A model generated the notes under the pieces. It was given only the letters and a program-made list of their open reading frames with translations. It made no database searches and was not told the origin of the DNA. Of a stretch of 64,000 nt of DNA, positions 60,828 through 64,000 are shown one piece after another. Both the position numbers and the translations under genes were made by a program. The stretch lies in IMG/VR virus record IMGVR_UViG_3300042691_015921. One strand, given 5' to 3'. How positions within the stretch are numbered: the first letter of the stretch is position 1; every line of letters starts with the position of its first letter. The DNA comes from a virus.

Positions 60828-60902
60828 TACGAGAGGGGGGAGTCGAACCCCCAACATTCAGATCCTAAATCTGACGCCTCTGCCAAATTGGGCTACCCTC
60901 GC
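60828..60902 (-). tRNA. tRNA-Leu(UAG) with short variable loop
   Basis: GCGAGGG/CTCTCGT with A73; TCAGA-TTTAGGA-TCTGA; variable loop ATGTT. Confidence 0.85.
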
Positions 60903-60913
60903 ATGATATATAG

Positions 60914-61016
60914 TAGTTAAACAAGTTCTTGTGGGTTCTGTGATTGTGGTAAAGCCACAATTCAGGCTTGCTCACACCTAGCCACAAGATACAGCAAGTC
61001 TCTACTCATTTAACTA
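60914..61016 (-). ncRNA. Candidate structured ncRNA of unknown class
   Basis: 13-bp closing stem with two G.U pairs, nested 8-bp and 7-bp stems, possible pseudoknot CTTGCT/AGCAAG. Confidence 0.5.
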
Positions 61017-61019
61017 TAA

Positions 61020-61092
61020 AGCCGATGAAGGGAATCGAACCCCCGACAGGCGATTTACAAAACCGCTACTCTACCAACTGAGTTACATCGGC
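61020..61092 (-). tRNA. tRNA-Thr(UGU)
   Basis: GCCGATG/CATCGGC; GCGGT-TTTGTAA-ATCGC; canonical D and T arms. Confidence 0.95.
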
Positions 61093-61101
61093 AAATTCTA
61101 A

Positions 61102-61203
61102 GGATGGATGAGTGGAATCGAACCACTTCAAGGGCATTTGTTTGCCTACTTTGCTGTCGCAATTCGGAACTTCCCTCACGCTACCATTCACGCTACATCC
61201 ATC
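61102..61203 (-). ncRNA. tRNA-like RNA with an expanded, branched anticodon domain
   Basis: GATGGATG/CATCCATC acceptor; D loop with GG; T arm AGTGG-TTCGATT-CCACT; about 38 nt in place of the anticodon loop. Confidence 0.6.
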
Positions 61204-61273
61204 ATGCAAGGCTCGCCATCTCTAACGAGCCAAGATCGCTCTATCCACATGGGTAGATACGTCAGCCTCCGAA

Positions 61274-61350
61274 TAGGGGAAGTGGGATTCGAACCCTACG
61301 ATCTCCAGCTTATGAGGCTGGCGAGAACGACCTGACTTCTCTATTCCCCG
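61274..61350 (-). tRNA. tRNA with CAU anticodon (Met, initiator-like)
   Basis: C1:U72 mismatch and A11-U24 as in fMet; CCAGC-CTCATAA-GCTGG lacks the three G-C pairs; bulged T stem. Confidence 0.75.
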
Positions 61351-61363
61351 ATAATTATTATAG

Positions 61364-61434
61364 TCCCAGGTCCGAGAGTCGAACTCGGCGTGAGTACCTT
61401 ATAAGAGTACGTTGCCAACCGGTTTCCACCTGGG
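61364..61434 (-). tRNA. tRNA-Ile(UAU)-like with degenerate D arm
   Basis: CCCAGGT/ACCTGGG with A73; GTACT-CTTATAA-GGTAC; T arm CCGAG-TTCGACT-CTCGG. Confidence 0.7.
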
Positions 61435-61450
61435 AAGTTAGTTCTTAACT

Positions 61451-61478
61451 ATTATACTCCACGTATCGTCATTGTCAA
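61451..61478 (-). promoter_or_regulatory. Consensus sigma70 promoter driving the tRNA array
   Basis: TTGACA-N16-TATAAT just upstream of the first tRNA. Confidence 0.8.
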
Positions 61479-61498
61479 GAACTGGTCTTTAATTTTTC

Positions 61499-61687
61499 TC
61501 AATCGTGATTAAAAAAACATAAGTTTCCAAAATCTTCTATTGGCAAAGACTTAGGTTCAACCTTTGGTCTAGGCTTAGGTGCGTTCTCCCCAAATAAAGC
61601 TTCTGCTTCCTCTGGAGTCATAACGTAACCGTCTCTCTGTGCCTCACGAACCGCGTCTAGCATACGTTTTACACTTTCTTTAGTCAT
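61499..61687 (-). CDS. Hypothetical protein
   Basis: Coupled to upstream ORF. Confidence 0.5.
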   Translation of the reverse strand: MTKESVKRMLDAVREAQRDGYVMTPEEAEALFGENAPKPRPKVEPKSLPIEDFGNLCFFNHD

Positions 61688-62006
61688 TAAATAATCCCTT
61701 TAGATATTCCCTAGGAGGAAGCGGACGCCAACCCTTGTATTCACGTTCAGCATCATACGGTTGCCAGTATGGAGCATCACAGGCATCCACGTTACCAAAT
61801 CCATCATCACGGTAAAAAGCGTGCGGACACAACCCTATGTATACTTCCACACCATTTTTCTTCTTGCCGGGAACGCCTCTTTCTTCATATTTATACGTTC
61901 CGGTCCACAATCCGATATTCTCTCCGAAGTAATAAACTCGTTGACCTTCTTTGGGAGGATCGGTATGAGAGTTTCGCCAGTCATTCATTATTGATACCTT
62001 TTCCAA
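61680..62006 (-). CDS. Hypothetical protein (DUF551-like W..PP ends)
   Basis: DWRNSHTDPPKEGQRV...WRPLP. Confidence 0.55.
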   Translation of the reverse strand: MEKVSIMNDWRNSHTDPPKEGQRVYYFGENIGLWTGTYKYEERGVPGKKKNGVEVYIGLCPHAFYRDDGFGNVDACDAPYWQPYDAEREYKGWRPLPPREYLKGLFND

Positions 62007-62245
62007 GCTTCCTCAGACGGACCCTCAACAGCCTCGCACAACTCTTCCCACAAACTTTCGACTAGATTTTGGTCACAGTCAACAGCCCTAAAAGGAACGT
62101 CATAGATAGAGTCAAGAAATCTATTAACAAGACTCTTCAAGTCCGCTAGTTCCTTCCGGGAATCATCAACCTCTTGGATTGTCATCACTTTCCTCCTTTT
62201 TTCTGATTCTACCACGCTACGCGAGAATGTCAATATGGGCGGCAC
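61988..62245 (-). CDS. Hypothetical protein; likely start at 62185
   Basis: SD AGGAGG before MTIQEV; promoter inside the annotated 5' extension. Confidence 0.5.
   Translation of the reverse strand: MPPILTFSRSVVESEKRRKVMTIQEVDDSRKELADLKSLVNRFLDSIYDVPFRAVDCDQNLVESLWEELCEAVEGPSEEAWKRYQ
62206..62233 (-). promoter_or_regulatory. Sigma70-type promoter
   Basis: TTGACA-N16-TAGAAT with extended TG. Confidence 0.65.
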
Positions 62246-62433
62246 CTATTCCTACTCCCACTCATCAGTGGTTTGGGAGGCCACATGGGTATGTCTACCT
62301 CTCTGCTGTGCTTTGCCTCGTCATACGGTAAACCGTCGCCCATAAGGTGTATTGGTAGGATTTTGAAAATGGAATCCTAAAAACCATTAGGGCAGTCATC
62401 CGCTTGGATAGCCAAGGTTCAGACCACGATCTT

Positions 62434-62461
62434 ATTCTACCACTGTTTATCGTCCTGTCAA
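62434..62461 (-). promoter_or_regulatory. Sigma70-type promoter
   Basis: TTGACA-N16-TAGAAT with extended TG. Confidence 0.65.
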
Positions 62462-62485
62462 GTCTGTTTCTTTAAACTTTCAAAG

Positions 62486-62557
62486 CTGTGGGAGGTGGTT
62501 CTGCCCCACCATCTTACACTTTAACAGAGTGCCGCATTACTGTTATGCTATCCCACA
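62486..62557 (-). tRNA. tRNA-Asn(GUU) with atypical D and T loops
   Basis: TGTGGGA/TCCCACA with G73; GCACT-CTGTTAA-AGTGT; T loop GGCAGAA. Confidence 0.8.
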
Positions 62558-62568
62558 AAGATATAAAA

Positions 62569-62641
62569 AGCAAGAGAAGGGAATCGAACCCTCAACTTTC
62601 AGTTTGGAAAACTGACACTCTGCCAATTGAGTTACTCTTGC
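62569..62641 (-). tRNA. tRNA-Gly(UCC)
   Basis: GCAAGAG/CTCTTGC with U73; TCAGT-TTTCCAA-ACTGA. Confidence 0.95.
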
Positions 62642-62680
62642 AAATCCTATGAAAAGATTTCTCTAATCATAGGAAAAATA

Positions 62681-62893
62681 TCAACGAACCACAGAACGAA
62701 CGCGAGAACCAACCCTACGCAGTCCATTGCGGGTTACTTCTACCGTCTTCTTTGTGACCTGAACTGGAACACGAACTACTTCCTTAGTAGCGGTAACTAC
62801 ACGGTTGCGAAGTCCACAAGTTCCATTAGCACAATCTCCAGCATTTACAGAGCCACAAGCAAGTGCAAATGCTACAACAAGAATATATCTCAT
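62681..62893 (-). CDS. Small secreted basic protein
   Basis: SD AGGAGG; signal peptide; CANGTC; Arg/Val-rich tail. Confidence 0.7.
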   Translation of the reverse strand: MRYILVVAFALACGSVNAGDCANGTCGLRNRVVTATKEVVRVPVQVTKKTVEVTRNGLRRVGSRVRSVVR

Positions 62894-62927
62894 AGAATCC
62901 TCCTTTAAAAAGTAAAGTTAAAACAAA

Positions 62928-63088
62928 TGCCCGTTTGGATATCAAGGGCGGGCAACCCCCCGTCACTGTCAAGCAGCGAGTGCGTAGGTTTCTACGTCAT
63001 TTAAAATTTGTCTATTTTTAAACTGGCCTTTAGACAAACCAGTACATGCAATTATCTTTTCCATAATCAGTCGATACTTTTCACCCCC
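62928..63088 (-). ncRNA. ssrA: Two-piece tmRNA, coding piece (5' acceptor strand, pk1, tag ORF (A)DVETYALAA at 62969-62998)
   Basis: GGGGGTGAAAAGTATCGAC 5' end; pseudoknot ACTGG/CCAGT plus TTTGTCTA/TAGACAAA; TAAAT|GAC resume context; YALAA-stop. Confidence 0.9.
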
Positions 63089-63626
63089 GATAAATTACTA
63101 TAGCCTTTGCAAATTTTATAACATCTTCATCTGAAAATTTATTTCTGGCAAAATTAAACATAACAGATACAAATCTAACATTTCCAATTATATATCCTTT
63201 ATTATTATCAATTCTGTCTAAACTAGCAGAGTTAATATTTAATGGATTTAATTTGTTATCTTGATCCTTATATGTTCTTAAATCTAAAGCAAAACCGGTA
63301 AATGGACAAGTACCATTCTGTGATTCCCAAACATCTTTTAAATGTTCTAAAGTCAAAGAATATTCTTTCTTTTTTCTTCTTTTTGCGTCTCTCAGAAACG
63401 GTTTAAATACACTATATTCATCTTGTTTTTTTGGATTATTCAAATTCCAAACGGGATAGTCCGTTCTATTACTTAATATTCTTTCAGTAGTTTCTGGACT
63501 TTTGCCATAACAAGACAAACAGCAGTAGAATTTGTCCTTTCCCGCTTTTACTTTTCTATTATACTCGCCTTTTTCTTTTTCAAATTCTTTGTTACAAGTA
63601 GCACAAACTAATTTTATTTTTGACAT
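63081..63626 (-). CDS. HNH-like putative homing endonuclease with N-terminal zinc finger, inside the tmRNA intervening segment
   Basis: CATC...CCLSC; CPFTG; SLDRIDNNKGY..GNV....N; SD AGGAG. Confidence 0.75.
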   Translation of the reverse strand: MSKIKLVCATCNKEFEKEKGEYNRKVKAGKDKFYCCLSCYGKSPETTERILSNRTDYPVWNLNNPKKQDEYSVFKPFLRDAKRRKKKEYSLTLEHLKDVWESQNGTCPFTGFALDLRTYKDQDNKLNPLNINSASLDRIDNNKGYIIGNVRFVSVMFNFARNKFSDEDVIKFAKAIVIYRG

Positions 63627-63690
63627 TTTATCTCCTATTTAGGTTATATATTTTATTATACACCAAAAATGATGGAGATGATCAAAAAAA

Positions 63691-63755
63691 GTGGAGGTGG
63701 AGGCATTGCAGCCTCGTCCTGTGTTATTTCCGAAATAATCTCTACATGTTTAGGC
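63691..63755 (-). ncRNA. ssrA: Two-piece tmRNA, acceptor piece
   Basis: CTAAACATGTAG...CAGGAC-GAGGC-TGCAAT-GCCTC-CACCTCCA; pairs with the coding piece to give G3.U70 and A73. Confidence 0.85.
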
Positions 63756-63991
63756 TAAGTTTGAGTCAATAGCCATGACTGTACCTTTTCATTTACTGAT
63801 TTCCGTAATAGATCAATAATTCCAGAAAATTTAAGACTTGTACGATCTGGATTATATTTATCATGATATACTATAGCGAGAAGAATTTGTTCAATTTCCC
63901 ATTCAAGGTCACTCATATTATACTCCCACCAGGGTCTTATCAGTAATTTCTTCCGTCTCATTATTATAGTGGACAAAGAACGAATAACCAA
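63755..63991 (-). CDS. Hypothetical protein; likely start at 63916
   Basis: SD GGGAG before MSDLEW. Confidence 0.4.
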   Translation of the reverse strand: MVIRSLSTIIMRRKKLLIRPWWEYNMSDLEWEIEQILLAIVYHDKYNPDRTSLKFSGIIDLLRKSVNEKVQSWLLTQT

Positions 63992-64000
63992 TCTTTTTAA

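Noticed and set aside
60914-61016. HDV-like (theta) ribozyme after tRNA-Thr
   Set aside because: Stem order is loosely similar, but no proper P3/L3 or G1 pair could be built; kept as an unknown ncRNA.
61245-61255. Similarity of ACCCATGT to the MS2 operator hairpin
   Set aside because: Only the 3' half matches; likely coincidence.
61108-61335. Plus-strand ORFs 61108-61335 and 62627-62908
   Set aside because: Antisense to tRNA-like genes or a better-supported CDS.
62261-62268. Hammerhead core CTGATGAG
   Set aside because: No GAAA after a stem II; the motif lies within a simple hairpin.

Overview
AT-rich segment of a large (jumbo-type) tailed bacteriophage genome in the standard genetic code. 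A Planctomycetota/PVC-type host is a weak inference. Layout: (1) 1-12.2 kb, + strand: very large Ser/Gly-rich virion-type proteins, ending in a 1982-aa Cys-rich giant. (2) 12.2-46.8 kb, - strand: a lone tRNA-Ser(ACU), a recombination/replication module (Sak/Rad52-like protein, sigma factor, SSB, DnaE split in two with a DnaQ gene in between, RecB-like nuclease, dNMP kinase, primase, DnaB, RecA), free-standing homing endonucleases, PhoH, MazG, NrdAB, a papain-peptidase/membrane-protein module and glycosyltransferases. (3) 47.2-57.1 kb, + strand: a 13-gene nucleotide-sugar/glycosyltransferase cluster with heptose enzymes and a ThDP enzyme pair. (4) 57.1-64 kb, - strand: small genes, then an RNA-rich array with tRNAs (one Gln tRNA split by a group I intron), several unexplained structured RNAs and a circularly permuted two-piece tmRNA. 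The tmRNA's ~600-nt intervening segment holds an HNH-like endonuclease gene whose stop codon lies inside the first 8 nt of the mature tmRNA. All calls come from reading the sequence; no database searches or folding programs were run.
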